DNA of 64,000 nucleotides from Candidatus Micrarchaeota archaeon (GTDB lineage: Archaea; Micrarchaeota; Micrarchaeia; Micrarchaeales; Micrarchaeaceae), in contig JAJZAB010000001.1 in the NCBI GenBank assembly GCA_021799635.1, forward strand, positions 158,505-222,504. Reading direction: 5' to 3'. Shown here piece after piece: positions 27,716 to 37,569 of the stretch. The position numbers and the translations under genes were made by a program. Each line of letters opens with the position of its first letter. The stretch's first letter is position 1. Under the pieces are notes generated by a model. It made no database searches, had not been told where the DNA came from, and saw only the letters and a list, made by a program, of their open reading frames with translations.

Positions 27716-30700
27716 CTACATGAACTTCGAGAGGTTGAACTGCCTTGCGGCGTTGCTGCTGTTCAGACCACCAAAAACATTCTCTATCTCGAACTTTATC
27801 AGATATATTCTTTGCTTCATGTATGGCTCCAGGTCATACCTTTCGGCCAAGTTTATTGCCATGTTAAGATATTTTTCTATACCTCCTTTTGATATTGTAA
27901 GAACTATTTTACCGGAACATTTTGTACATTTGCCTATTATGGGCACTCGCCTGTACTTTGCGTTGCACGAAACGCACCTAAAGCTCTGCTTTGAGAAAGA
28001 ATGCAGGTTTCCCATTAGATCAGGTATGAAATGGCTTGATATGAGTCTTCTTGCAGTATCCTGTTTGTCTATAGTGTACAACTTGTCCATGAGTCTGAAC
28101 TGCAGCTCTATTTTTTCATCCATAGTTTTCAGTTTTGTGTATATGCTCTTTTTAGGCGATTCCTGCATTGATTTTGAGGAGCTGTTGTGGGTGAACAGCA
28201 GATTCTTGTATATTGCCTCGGTGTTCCTTCTGTCGCCGACGCTCTCCACAACCACCTCCGATGGCGGCCTCCTTTGGGCTGCCTTCTCGTAAAAATCGGC
28301 TTTTATTTTGTCTGTAACCTCCATGTTCCAAACCTCGTCATCTATCTCCTCCGGCAGGATTCTCTCTGTTAGTATCAGGGGCGCGTCCATAGTTCCGCCT
28401 ATGATGCTTGGCAGATAATCCTTTGAGAAATTTATCAGGGCGTCAAGGAGCAGCATCATTGTGTCCTCGTCCCCATCGCAGTTCCTTCTTCTGGCTTGTA
28501 TGGTATACGGGTGCGCCAACCCGACATTCGCATCTGTGAACCCAATAATTCTGTTAAGCACTCCTGCTGAAGTGTGCGGCGATAGGGTAACTACATATTT
28601 GCCAACAAGGTCTTCTACATTTCTCGAGTTGTAGAACGGCTCAATTTTATAATACCTTATCAAAAGGTCGTCTATGAATTTTGCAACTTTTAGCAGATAG
28701 TCAGCGCACCTTGTGTTTATTATCACATCCTGGTGCTTCAGCTCAACAAGCTGTTCTGGGCTTTCTATAAGTCTACCGGTATAATCAACAGTATAGCCAA
28801 GCTGCTTTAAAGTTTCTACGCTTGTGGATATTTCTGAAGGATAAAAATGGGTTATCGGTGCATCGGTAGCGTCAAACCTGCATGTCCCATCCTTGAATAC
28901 ATAAACGCCATTGATGCTCCTAAGTATCGCTTTTTCCAAAGGCTCGGCAACCTTATCCCTATTCATCATACCCTTTACGCCCTTTATTATTTTTGGAATG
29001 GATTGCACCCCTAGATTGGAAAGCGCCGATTCCATCTCTTTCTGCATGTCTATGTTCTTCACTTCAGATCCTGAAGTGCGGCGACCGCAGTGCACGCAGG
29101 TTTTTGCGCTTGATTTTCTGCCGCAGCTGACGCATATCCTTTCTTGCCTCGCCCTGCATTTATGCTCTCTGCAGTATACGGCACTTACGGCTTCGCCGCC
29201 TTTGCTGCATATGTACCTGGCCATTTCGAGCTCAATCTTCGGAGGCCCCAGTCTTTTTTTGTCAGCATAATAAGCCTTTACAATGTTGCGCTCCTTCCCA
29301 CCATAATCACCTACTGGAAACATGCCGTTCGGGGCTGGGCGCATCAATCTCTCCCTTGCTTTTTCTGGCCTACCAACCCGTGCGCCTATCCTGTAAGACC
29401 TCTTCATTACCTTGAATGGTGATAGGGAGTTCAGCACTGATATGATATCTTCCCCGGTATATTTACCAATATCAGCGGTGTTGAGCTTTATCTCATCCCC
29501 GCTGAATAAGCCCAGGGAAAAGAACAGGCTCTGCGCATGGTCTGCCATTATTGTTATGTCTCCTGTGTCAAAGCACGGTATGCAAAGGCGCTCGATTGCC
29601 GAGCGTACCTTTTTGGAATTTTCCCCTTTTATTGTAACATCTTTAATGCTGAATATGCTGTTGCCTTCGCGCCTGATATCCGAATCTATAAGTGCTGCGG
29701 CTATTTCGGCAAGCTCCCTGGTAGATATGTCTTGGTATTCATATGTGTACGCCGGATGCATGGGCACCTTGTAGTCGATCGAAAGCTGGAACGCCTCCCT
29801 GAAGCTCCTAATGCATGGCATTTCTCCCTTGTATCCGTTCTTCTCAAGGTCACTGTACCAAAGCTCCTCCACGTAGCTTGAAGGTATGAGGGGCGTATTG
29901 GTTTTTTTGAAATCGCCTATTGTGATTAAAATGTCGCCAACGCTCAATATCTTTTCGACGTTGTTGATTACCTGGTGCGCCTCTTCTGCGCTGTTTATCC
30001 TGCGCAGCTCCCCGCTATTCAGCTTTACAAAAGGCCCTTCTATTGTATCAACAGGCATTGCAATGCTGCCCTTCCCGGGCTTGTCTATTTTAATCTGCGT
30101 CCCCACGGCTATGAATTCCTCAAGTATAATCATCGTAGCTGGGCTGAAGCCTTTTGCCGCGATGCCTGTATATCTTGACCTGCCGTAGCGCAGCCTAAAT
30201 CCCCCAGGATAGTCTGGGTAGGATAGTATTGGTCGCCCGCCAACCAGTTCCTGCAGGAATGCCACATCACTTGTATTTTCCCTCATTTTTGAGTAGGAAA
30301 CCCCCTTGTCGACTTTTATTATCGAGTTTAACCAGCCCCAGTCCAGGCCTGCCGCCTTTGAGTATTTGAGCACGCTTTTCGCTTTTTGGGCTATACCTTC
30401 ACAAACTACAAGGCCTATCCCGCCCCTTATTCTATTTGTTATTACTTGCTCCTTGCTATCGGCATCGAGCCTCTTTACATTTCTGTGCACGCTGACCTCC
30501 AGTTCTTCAGTTGGCAGGCCATCGATGCATACAGGACAGTTCTCCAGTATTAAGCGCATGTCTGATTCGCTTGGGAGGTACTGAAGCCTGGCAACCCTTG
30601 CATGATATATCTGTATCTCCTCAAGGTACCTCTCCACTTCCGTCCTTTGCGGTTTATACTCACCTATACCCAGTATCTTCCTTCCATAGTCTGCTAGGGT

Positions 30701-31165
30701 TACTGATAGCGCCGCGCTGGTTCCTCCCGCCCCCCTTATAGGACCGGCGTACACCACGGATATGTAATTTGTATTGTCGGGATTCTTGTGTATTACAACG
30801 CCCTGAATGCCTTCTGTAGGTGCTACCAGTATTCCCTCTGTTAGTATTGAAAGCCCAACCCTTACTGCAAGCAGCAGCCTGTCTTCTACTGCCATAAAAA
30901 ACTTTTCATCAGTGCATATCTCCTTTACAATTTTAAATGAAGCTTCCTGTCTTGACATCCCAGTGGTTTTTGCAGATATAAGCTCTGCTAGACCCTTAAG
31001 CCCCACTATCCCCTCAACCCTGGATGGGAGGTCCGGAGCTGGGGTTATTTCCACCACAGTTTCTGGGTCGTAGCCGATCGCCCTTGCCTTTGCTGCTACT
31101 TTATAGGCCTCCTGTGCCCCTTTCTCCATCACGGCAAAATAATCGTTTATTTCCATATCAATCAT
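27716..31165 (-). CDS. dp2: DNA polymerase D (Pol II) large subunit DP2
   Basis: About 1150 aa with DP2 hallmark segments and Cys clusters (CSKGGEAVSAVYC...C, CVSCGRKSSAKTCVHCG, CVSC...CTKC). The start is ambiguous: ATG 31165 overlaps the DP1 stop by 8 nt, ATG 31156 lies just after it. Confidence 0.9.
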   Translation of the reverse strand: MIDMEINDYFAVMEKGAQEAYKVAAKARAIGYDPETVVEITPAPDLPSRVEGIVGLKGLAELISAKTTGMSRQEASFKIVKEICTDEKFFMAVEDRLLLAVRVGLSILTEGILVAPTEGIQGVVIHKNPDNTNYISVVYAGPIRGAGGTSAALSVTLADYGRKILGIGEYKPQRTEVERYLEEIQIYHARVARLQYLPSESDMRLILENCPVCIDGLPTEELEVSVHRNVKRLDADSKEQVITNRIRGGIGLVVCEGIAQKAKSVLKYSKAAGLDWGWLNSIIKVDKGVSYSKMRENTSDVAFLQELVGGRPILSYPDYPGGFRLRYGRSRYTGIAAKGFSPATMIILEEFIAVGTQIKIDKPGKGSIAMPVDTIEGPFVKLNSGELRRINSAEEAHQVINNVEKILSVGDILITIGDFKKTNTPLIPSSYVEELWYSDLEKNGYKGEMPCIRSFREAFQLSIDYKVPMHPAYTYEYQDISTRELAEIAAALIDSDIRREGNSIFSIKDVTIKGENSKKVRSAIERLCIPCFDTGDITIMADHAQSLFFSLGLFSGDEIKLNTADIGKYTGEDIISVLNSLSPFKVMKRSYRIGARVGRPEKARERLMRPAPNGMFPVGDYGGKERNIVKAYYADKKRLGPPKIELEMARYICSKGGEAVSAVYCREHKCRARQERICVSCGRKSSAKTCVHCGRRTSGSEVKNIDMQKEMESALSNLGVQSIPKIIKGVKGMMNRDKVAEPLEKAILRSINGVYVFKDGTCRFDATDAPITHFYPSEISTSVETLKQLGYTVDYTGRLIESPEQLVELKHQDVIINTRCADYLLKVAKFIDDLLIRYYKIEPFYNSRNVEDLVGKYVVTLSPHTSAGVLNRIIGFTDANVGLAHPYTIQARRRNCDGDEDTMMLLLDALINFSKDYLPSIIGGTMDAPLILTERILPEEIDDEVWNMEVTDKIKADFYEKAAQRRPPSEVVVESVGDRRNTEAIYKNLLFTHNSSSKSMQESPKKSIYTKLKTMDEKIELQFRLMDKLYTIDKQDTARRLISSHFIPDLMGNLHSFSKQSFRCVSCNAKYRRVPIIGKCTKCSGKIVLTISKGGIEKYLNMAINLAERYDLEPYMKQRIYLIKFEIENVFGGLNSSNAARQFNLSKFM

Positions 31166-32672
31166 TATCGAAGTTAAGCATGGTGACGTTGCGTGTCTTG
31201 GTTTCATATACTGGAAGGATGCACGGAGTTGGTATGTGCCCTGTCCTAACCTGAAAGTTGGTCCTGGCCTGCCAAGTGCCGCTGTTAACTACGGTAACCC
31301 CGTGGTATTCGGATAATCCATTCTTGTGTATGTGACCCATATGCAGTATGTCGGGCACCTCTTCTATAACCATCTGGTCATTCCTACTCGGCACCACTAC
31401 ATTTCCACCATATATTGGAGAAAGATGCCTCCTCTTCAGGATCTCAATCATGGCCTTTTCCGGCCTGGCGTAGCTCATGTCCGGTATGGCACTTATCATA
31501 GAGTCCAATGAAGTCCCGTGGTACGATAGTACATCTATGCCGTGCAGCTTAAGCTTGCATGGATTCGAAACAAAATGGACATTATCCATTTTAAAGTCAT
31601 TTATTAGGTCTTTTCCCAGCTCTGGCTGCGGCTCTGCTCTCTGGACGGCGTCGTGGTTGCCAGGCATTATAAAAACTTCTATATAATCCGGTATTGACCC
31701 AATGAAATTCATTAGCATCTTGTATTGTAGATATACATCTGGTACGGCTAGGTCATATTCTTGATCTGGGTATATCCCTACGCCATCGGCTACGTCGCCG
31801 GCCATCACTAAGTATTTTATCTTACCCGCCAAAGCTGCGGACTTTGTTGTCATTTCTCCATTGAGCCATCTGATCATGTTTGAAAAGTTCTTGCTCATGA
31901 ACTGTTTGCTGCCTACGTGAATATCAGATATAAAAGCTATTGCAATATCTTCATCTATTACCTTCTTTTCCTTTATTGGTATGTCGGGCCATATTATCTC
32001 ATTAGCTATGATGAATTGGTTTGATATTTTACCTTTTATTGCAATTACTTCATCGTTAATTATCCTGCTTGCACTCTCAAAAAGCGCCTTCGATTCTGCG
32101 GAGTTGCCGTTTATGAATATAATCTTAAAATCTGCGGTTTGGTCTTCCACTACTACCATTAGGTTCTTGTTTTTAGTGATGATTTTGTTTGATACAATTC
32201 CGGCAATGACAACTTCTCTGCCGTTCGTGTATTTTTTAATTGCTTCTATATTTGGTGCGAGGTTCGCTGCGATCCTCCTGTTTTCTATTATCTTTTTTAT
32301 TCTTTCTATTCTGTTGCGAAAATAGTTTATGAAATCGTTAACTGTACCCTCTGCACTTTCATGCTCAACTTTATATATTTCATAGTCTGACTCTACGTTT
32401 GAAGCCATCGTGTTGGGGTTTGTGCCCCTTGCTAGTTCTATCGGTTTCGGCATTTTTTCTATCTTAATCTGTTCTAATATTGAAGATATTTCTGCCCTGT
32501 CCGCTATGCTTATGCTATTGTCATTTTTATGAATCTCGATCAGCCTAGATATTATTACGTTTATGTCTACGCCTTTCACGAGGTCTGCATCAACATCGGC
32601 AGCCAGTAGTATTCGCGCCTGGGAGAGAGTCCTGGAAAGACTTTGGAGAGAATCATTTTCAGACATATACAC
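31158..32672 (-). CDS. dp1: DNA polymerase D small subunit DP1 (Mre11-like phosphoesterase exonuclease)
   Basis: OB-fold region followed by phosphoesterase motifs (FISDIHVGS, MAGDVADG, PGNHD, GHIH). Confidence 0.9.
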   Translation of the reverse strand: MYMSENDSLQSLSRTLSQARILLAADVDADLVKGVDINVIISRLIEIHKNDNSISIADRAEISSILEQIKIEKMPKPIELARGTNPNTMASNVESDYEIYKVEHESAEGTVNDFINYFRNRIERIKKIIENRRIAANLAPNIEAIKKYTNGREVVIAGIVSNKIITKNKNLMVVVEDQTADFKIIFINGNSAESKALFESASRIINDEVIAIKGKISNQFIIANEIIWPDIPIKEKKVIDEDIAIAFISDIHVGSKQFMSKNFSNMIRWLNGEMTTKSAALAGKIKYLVMAGDVADGVGIYPDQEYDLAVPDVYLQYKMLMNFIGSIPDYIEVFIMPGNHDAVQRAEPQPELGKDLINDFKMDNVHFVSNPCKLKLHGIDVLSYHGTSLDSMISAIPDMSYARPEKAMIEILKRRHLSPIYGGNVVVPSRNDQMVIEEVPDILHMGHIHKNGLSEYHGVTVVNSGTWQARTNFQVRTGHIPTPCILPVYETKTRNVTMLNFDND

Positions 32673-32673
32673 A

Positions 32674-32940
32674 TTATTCTTTTATAGATTCAAGCATGCT
32701 GAGTATGTTCCACAATATTGTCCTGGCTTGAGGGGGAAGGTTTATATCGTTGCTTACCCCGTCGATATTGTATATTGCTGAGGATATTCTGACAACGTAT
32801 TCCCCCCTTGCATTAAGTTTAGATTTGGCATCATTCACTGCATTCCTGACGTTTTTTGGCACGGTTGTATCGTTTATGAGCATATCCATCTTTGTTGTTA
32901 TCTGAGATATAATGTCATCTAGTCTTTTTTCATCTTCCAT
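32674..32940 (-). CDS. UPF0147-family small protein
   Basis: 88 aa. PKNVRNAVNDAKSKL...LPPQARTILWNILSMLESI resembles the conserved archaeal UPF0147 family (from memory). 1-nt gap to dp1. Confidence 0.55.
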   Translation of the reverse strand: MEDEKRLDDIISQITTKMDMLINDTTVPKNVRNAVNDAKSKLNARGEYVVRISSAIYNIDGVSNDINLPPQARTILWNILSMLESIKE

Positions 32941-33026
32941 ATTAGCACCTTTATAATTAGTAGATGAATTAAGTCGATAAAACTATTTATATGTATCTGT
33001 GCGTTTGGACTGTCTCAACCCAGCAA

Positions 33027-33968
33027 TTACACAGTTATGTGGAACGTTGCCCTTACGTATGAGCCTAGTAATATAGTGATGGCTGCAACGCTCAGTGATA
33101 TGAGCAACGTCTTTGAAACCGCCCTTGCGATGCTTTTGTCGCTAGCAATTGCTATCATTGAAGAAGTAAAAGTCAGTACAATGGCGGTGAACACTATTGA
33201 CATAACAATGCCCATATATCCTGAATAACCTATGGCAAATGGGGCTAGTGGGAAAAGCGATCCGATAAAATAAAAAATACCGACATAGAACCCTGATTCC
33301 AGTGCGGATTTTGGGTTTGATTTCTGCATAATTTTTGATTTTATGGATTTTTCATAGTCTGTAGACAGATATGCACCTGCCGCCATTGATAGCGTACCGG
33401 ATATCGCAACTATAAAACCTGCAATGAATATCAGAAGGGGCGTCCTCAGGGCTGCGGCAAACCCTACCGCTACGGCCAGCAGCTCCACAAGACCGTCATT
33501 CATCCCGAACATTATGTCCTTTACATTTTTAAGAAAGGTTCCGTAATTGGCTACGTTATTTTCAAGCCTTGACTCCTCCGTCTCTTCGCTTTTCCTTATC
33601 TCATTTATTATGCGTTCCTCCTTTTTAGTAAGCACTATTGATTTTGATACTTTTATGAATTGCTGGTAGCTGTCTGATTCTACGTGCTCTATTATTTTTA
33701 TTGTAATCGCCAGCCCAAGTACGCGCTTCGACAATAGTATTAGGAATTTGCTAAATCTGGAGTGGCCTTTTGGAGCCCTTGTGTGGTTTAACAATAGCAT
33801 TTCTCCCCATAGGTCTGCATGTTTCTTTTCCAGCCGAGAAAGCCTCTCCATTATGGCTTTTATATCCTTATTCCTCTCTGAACCTGACAGGCTCTCATAA
33901 ACTGATTGATGAAGCCTCTCTATTTTGTATAGCCCAATCAGGCATCTTTGCTTTACACTTATTGACAT
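33027..33968 (-). CDS. VIT1/CCC1-family iron/manganese transporter with N-terminal ferritin-like domain
   Basis: Ferritin-like helices (ERLHQSVYESL..., LEKKHADLWGE), then GMNDGLVELLAVAVG and five predicted TM helices. Confidence 0.7.
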   Translation of the reverse strand: MSISVKQRCLIGLYKIERLHQSVYESLSGSERNKDIKAIMERLSRLEKKHADLWGEMLLLNHTRAPKGHSRFSKFLILLSKRVLGLAITIKIIEHVESDSYQQFIKVSKSIVLTKKEERIINEIRKSEETEESRLENNVANYGTFLKNVKDIMFGMNDGLVELLAVAVGFAAALRTPLLIFIAGFIVAISGTLSMAAGAYLSTDYEKSIKSKIMQKSNPKSALESGFYVGIFYFIGSLFPLAPFAIGYSGYMGIVMSIVFTAIVLTFTSSMIAIASDKSIARAVSKTLLISLSVAAITILLGSYVRATFHITV

Positions 33969-34030
33969 ACGTATCCTTATTCTCCGGTTGTTTTTATACC
34001 TATTGCGCTGAGATAATTTAGGTGCGCTGG

Positions 34031-35761
34031 CTACTTTCCGAATTTTTTTAAAAGGTCCTTTACGCCCATCGCATTTACTACGCTCTCCTTTTTAAGCCAC
34101 CCGCGCCTGGCCGTTCCGACTCCGTATCTTATAAATCTAAAGTTTGACGTGCTGTGGGAATCCGTATCTATTGAGAACATCACGTTAAATTTTGAAGCCA
34201 GCAGTATGTTGGTATCGTTCAGGTCCAGCCTATCTGGCCATGAGTTAATTTCAAGGGCAACGTTATTCCTCTCCGCTGCATCTGCAATTTTTTCAATGTT
34301 TATCCTGTATCCCTGCCTTTCTTTTATCAGCCTGCCGGTGGGGTGCGCGAGCACGTTGACTAAACCAGACTCCATTGCCTTTATCACCCTTGCGGTCATT
34401 TCCTCCTCATTCATGTTGAAGAAGGAGTGCACAGCGCAAACCGCGCAGTCCATTTCCTTAAGCGTTTTATTGCTAAGGTCCAGTTCTCCGTTTTTGAGTA
34501 TGTCGACCTCTGCACCTTTTAGCACAGTAATTTTGCCGCTCACCTTTTCATTTATCCTGTCGATTTTTTCGAAGAATTTGATGAACTGCTTGTCATCCAT
34601 GCCCCTAGCTATCTTTAGACTTTTTGTATGATTTGTTACGGCCAGGTACTCGAATCCTGACTCTATCGCAGCGCCGACCATCTCCTCTAGCGAGTTGCTG
34701 CCATCCGTTTCCTTTGTGTGGGAGTGCAGGTCCCCCTTTATGTCGCCAAGTTCGACCAGCCTTGGTATTCTGTGCTCAAGCGATAGCTTCACTTCACCCC
34801 TGGCCTCCCTCATTTCCGGAGGCATCCACTGCATACCTAGTTCCTCATATATGCTTTCTTCCCTTTCGCTTGTTATAATATTCCCATTATTATCAAATAG
34901 TCCATATTCGTTTAGCTTGTAGCCATTTTTTACAGCTATCGTCCTAACTTGTATGTTGTGGTCCCTGCTCCCGGTAAAGTACTGCACTCCGGCGCCGAAG
35001 CTTTTTGGCTCCAGTACCCTGAAATCGCAGTTGAGCCCTATCTTGAGCCGCACTGTGGTTTTTGTTGGGCCTTTTAATATTACATCACTTACATTATCCA
35101 TACCGGCAAAAAACTCCATAGCCTTGTCAGGGGTCTTTGATATTGCCAGTATATCCAGATCCCCAACGGTCTCCCTCATTCTCCTGGATGATCCAGCAAC
35201 TATGGCATTTTCCACCAGACCGCTTGCCGTAAGCTTTTTTATTATAGATTCCGCCTCTGGCAGCGCTTCGCCAAGGAGCATCCTGCCCTTTTCCGCCTCG
35301 TACATCGCAAGTCCTTTTTCTATCGACTCTTCGCTCTTCTCGCCAAATCCGGGCAATTCCTTTACCTTATGCAACTTGAGTGCATCCTTTAGGGTCTTTA
35401 TGTCCTTTACTTTCAGGTTCCTGTACAAAAGGATTGCCTTCTTGGCCCCTATGCCTTGTATGCTGGTGAGCTCCTTCATATTGACTGGATATTTCTTCTT
35501 AAGGTCGGAGTACTTTTTCATCTTTCCGGTCTTTATAAATTCTTCTATGTTCCCGGCTATTCCCTTTCCTATGCCGGGTATCTCCATCAGTGCCTTCGCC
35601 CCGCCGTTCTGATACACCTCCTCAATTGGCTCCTGCATAGTCGCTATGTTCAACGATGCTTTTTTGTAGGCCCTTATTTCAAACCTAGTAGTGGGCTTCT
35701 CCTCAAGGCTAAGCATATCTGCTATTTCGTCAAGCATCTCAGCAATCAGCTTGTTATCCAT
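34031..35761 (-). CDS. polX: family X DNA polymerase with C-terminal PHP domain
   Basis: HhH motifs (IPGIGKGIAGNI, IQGIGAKKA), catalytic GSSRRMRETVGDLDIL, and PHP histidines (GDLHSHT, TNH, AHP). Confidence 0.85.
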   Translation of the reverse strand: MDNKLIAEMLDEIADMLSLEEKPTTRFEIRAYKKASLNIATMQEPIEEVYQNGGAKALMEIPGIGKGIAGNIEEFIKTGKMKKYSDLKKKYPVNMKELTSIQGIGAKKAILLYRNLKVKDIKTLKDALKLHKVKELPGFGEKSEESIEKGLAMYEAEKGRMLLGEALPEAESIIKKLTASGLVENAIVAGSSRRMRETVGDLDILAISKTPDKAMEFFAGMDNVSDVILKGPTKTTVRLKIGLNCDFRVLEPKSFGAGVQYFTGSRDHNIQVRTIAVKNGYKLNEYGLFDNNGNIITSEREESIYEELGMQWMPPEMREARGEVKLSLEHRIPRLVELGDIKGDLHSHTKETDGSNSLEEMVGAAIESGFEYLAVTNHTKSLKIARGMDDKQFIKFFEKIDRINEKVSGKITVLKGAEVDILKNGELDLSNKTLKEMDCAVCAVHSFFNMNEEEMTARVIKAMESGLVNVLAHPTGRLIKERQGYRINIEKIADAAERNNVALEINSWPDRLDLNDTNILLASKFNVMFSIDTDSHSTSNFRFIRYGVGTARRGWLKKESVVNAMGVKDLLKKFGK

Positions 35762-35828
35762 AAGTTACCAAAACACTTTGAAAACTAGTTATTTTATCCT
35801 TTCCTTTGCATATTTTATATGAGAATAC

Positions 35829-36422
35829 ATGGCCGACAAGGATGACAGGTTTGGAGGCAGCAAAAATACTGAGAAGCTGAACAAAATATACCTCACCATA
35901 ATATCCAGGTACAAGGACTACATAGAAGAAAAAGAGAACATTTCAGTTGCAGAGCTTCCCACATTAGTAACTCCAAAGAACGCTCTGGTAGAGAACACGG
36001 TTATGCAGATAAAATCCGGATTTGGCCCATACATATATGAGATTAACTTTTATGAAGCTGCAAAAAAGGCATTTGATTTGGTTAGAGATTCCGTAGAGGA
36101 CGTATCGCTTCCTCTGCAGTTCTGGCTCAACCCGGAAGAAACCTTGTCATTCATGATGGGGGACAAGTTTGACAAAAATATACTGTTGTGCAGCCTGATG
36201 ATATGCCTTGGCAACCCTTCTTCAAAAGTCTTTGTTAAGATAAAAGGTGATTCCAGGAACATATTTGTTTACTGCGAATTCAATGGCATTATACATAAAT
36301 TTGATATTGATGATGGTATTAAATCTTTTGAAAGCAGGGAGGCCCTGATAGACAGTGTAAAGATTGATGACGAGACGGCCGCATACGAATTTAATGACAG
36401 GACGTTTTCGGATATTGCATAA
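35829..36422 (+). CDS. hypothetical protein
   Basis: 197-aa ATG ORF. No family confidently recognised. Confidence 0.45.
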   Translation: MADKDDRFGGSKNTEKLNKIYLTIISRYKDYIEEKENISVAELPTLVTPKNALVENTVMQIKSGFGPYIYEINFYEAAKKAFDLVRDSVEDVSLPLQFWLNPEETLSFMMGDKFDKNILLCSLMICLGNPSSKVFVKIKGDSRNIFVYCEFNGIIHKFDIDDGIKSFESREALIDSVKIDDETAAYEFNDRTFSDIA

Positions 36423-36423
36423 T

Positions 36424-36543
36424 CTAACGCCTGCTTCGCTTGTACGTCTCCCTGTGTATCCTCTTTAGTCTTCTGGCCTTTTGCTTTTTCCTGTAGCTCT
36501 TGCCTATTTTCCTATTGGATTTAGATATTTTTTTTTGCGACAT
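36424..36543 (-). CDS. unlisted 39-aa extremely basic small ORF (possible small ribosomal-type protein)
   Basis: My translation of the minus strand gives MSQKKISKSNRKIGKSYRKKQKARRLKRIHRETYKRSRR*. ATG lies 10 nt downstream of the dys stop on the same strand. 19 of 39 residues are K/R. It fills an otherwise empty 131-nt gap and is below the 60-aa ORF-track cutoff. Confidence 0.35.
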   Translation of the reverse strand: MSQKKISKSNRKIGKSYRKKQKARRLKRIHRETYKRSRR

Positions 36544-36553
36544 TGTAACACAT

Positions 36554-37501
36554 TTAAACCAAATTTAGAGCAGAGAATATTATGGGTAGTATTATGGTTG
36601 CGTCACCATCAATGGTAGTATATTTGGCCGCCTCCTTTATCTTTCCCCACGATACGGCTTCTGTCAGCCTTGCTCCTGAAAGGCTCCCATCAAACTGCGT
36701 GGCGGTTGTTATGTATACCGCGTAATCTAGCCCCCCTTTGAATTGGTTCCACCATATTACGTGGTGTTTGCTTATCCCGCCTCCGACCATGACCGCTCCG
36801 GTAACTTTATTATCAAATGCTATGTCGCTCAATTTCAATTCATCTTTTATTAGGTTGAGCTTAAAATCGTGGTTTTGGGAGAAAATGGACAGCTGCGTGC
36901 CAAAGGCACCATCCAGTATCCCAGGATTAAATACCGGGACGTTGTTTAGGTATGCCTGCCTTATTATAGAACCGTTGTCTTTGATCCTCTTTCCAAACTC
37001 GAATGTTAGCTCGCTTGGGGTGTACTCTTTCTTGTAATCCTCAGATCGGTATATGTCGTCCATTATAGTCATGAATGAATCTTCGAGTTTCTTTCCATAC
37101 TCCTTGTTCTCTATAAAAATGTTCCCAAGCCTGTACACGCCTATCCTGTGCAGCTGGGAATCGTCTGCATTGAAGCTTCCCAGCGAATATTTGCCGCCGT
37201 GGGCCCTCGCTATGTCGTGGTCCAGCGTCCCGCCGGTAGTTATTATAGCATCGAAGTACTTGACTGCGCTTGCCAATACGCCACGCACTCCTGTAGAAAC
37301 TATGTCGGCCGGGAATGAGAGAAAATTGAACGACCGTTTGTCTTCAACCATTTTCTTTATTATATTTATACCGTCAACCATGTGCTGCGCTGAGAACCCG
37401 CCCACTGATCCCATGGCATCTATCAGCTCAGCTACTGCCATGCCCCTGCTGAGTTTGATATCCCTAACCGGCCTATTCAATATTGCCTTTTTTGAGTACA
37501 T
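36554..37501 (-). CDS. dys: deoxyhypusine synthase
   Basis: 315 aa. NAD/spermidine-site motifs (FPADIVSTGVRG, TTGGTLDHD, VGGGISKHHV, GSLSGARLTEAVSWGK). Confidence 0.9.
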   Translation of the reverse strand: MYSKKAILNRPVRDIKLSRGMAVAELIDAMGSVGGFSAQHMVDGINIIKKMVEDKRSFNFLSFPADIVSTGVRGVLASAVKYFDAIITTGGTLDHDIARAHGGKYSLGSFNADDSQLHRIGVYRLGNIFIENKEYGKKLEDSFMTIMDDIYRSEDYKKEYTPSELTFEFGKRIKDNGSIIRQAYLNNVPVFNPGILDGAFGTQLSIFSQNHDFKLNLIKDELKLSDIAFDNKVTGAVMVGGGISKHHVIWWNQFKGGLDYAVYITTATQFDGSLSGARLTEAVSWGKIKEAAKYTTIDGDATIILPIIFSALNLV

Positions 37502-37569
37502 TAAATCAGCTCAGTAAACTAACTATTACTTTCAATTAAAATAATTAAATAATGTATGTATTTTGGCTG

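Noticed and set aside
27716-31165. Inteins in DP2, PolB (10034-12448) and RNR (13397-15685), which commonly host them in archaea
   Set aside because: Protein lengths (about 1150, 805 and 762 aa) are normal and the catalytic motifs are contiguous. No Cys/Ser...HN-Cys/Ser/Thr splice-junction blocks were seen.
35829-36422. Possible transglutaminase-like (Cys-His-Asp) fold in the 197-aa hypothetical protein
   Set aside because: The position expected for the catalytic Cys reads Lys (GDKFDKNILL) and the alignment is from memory only. This is too weak to call, so it stays hypothetical.
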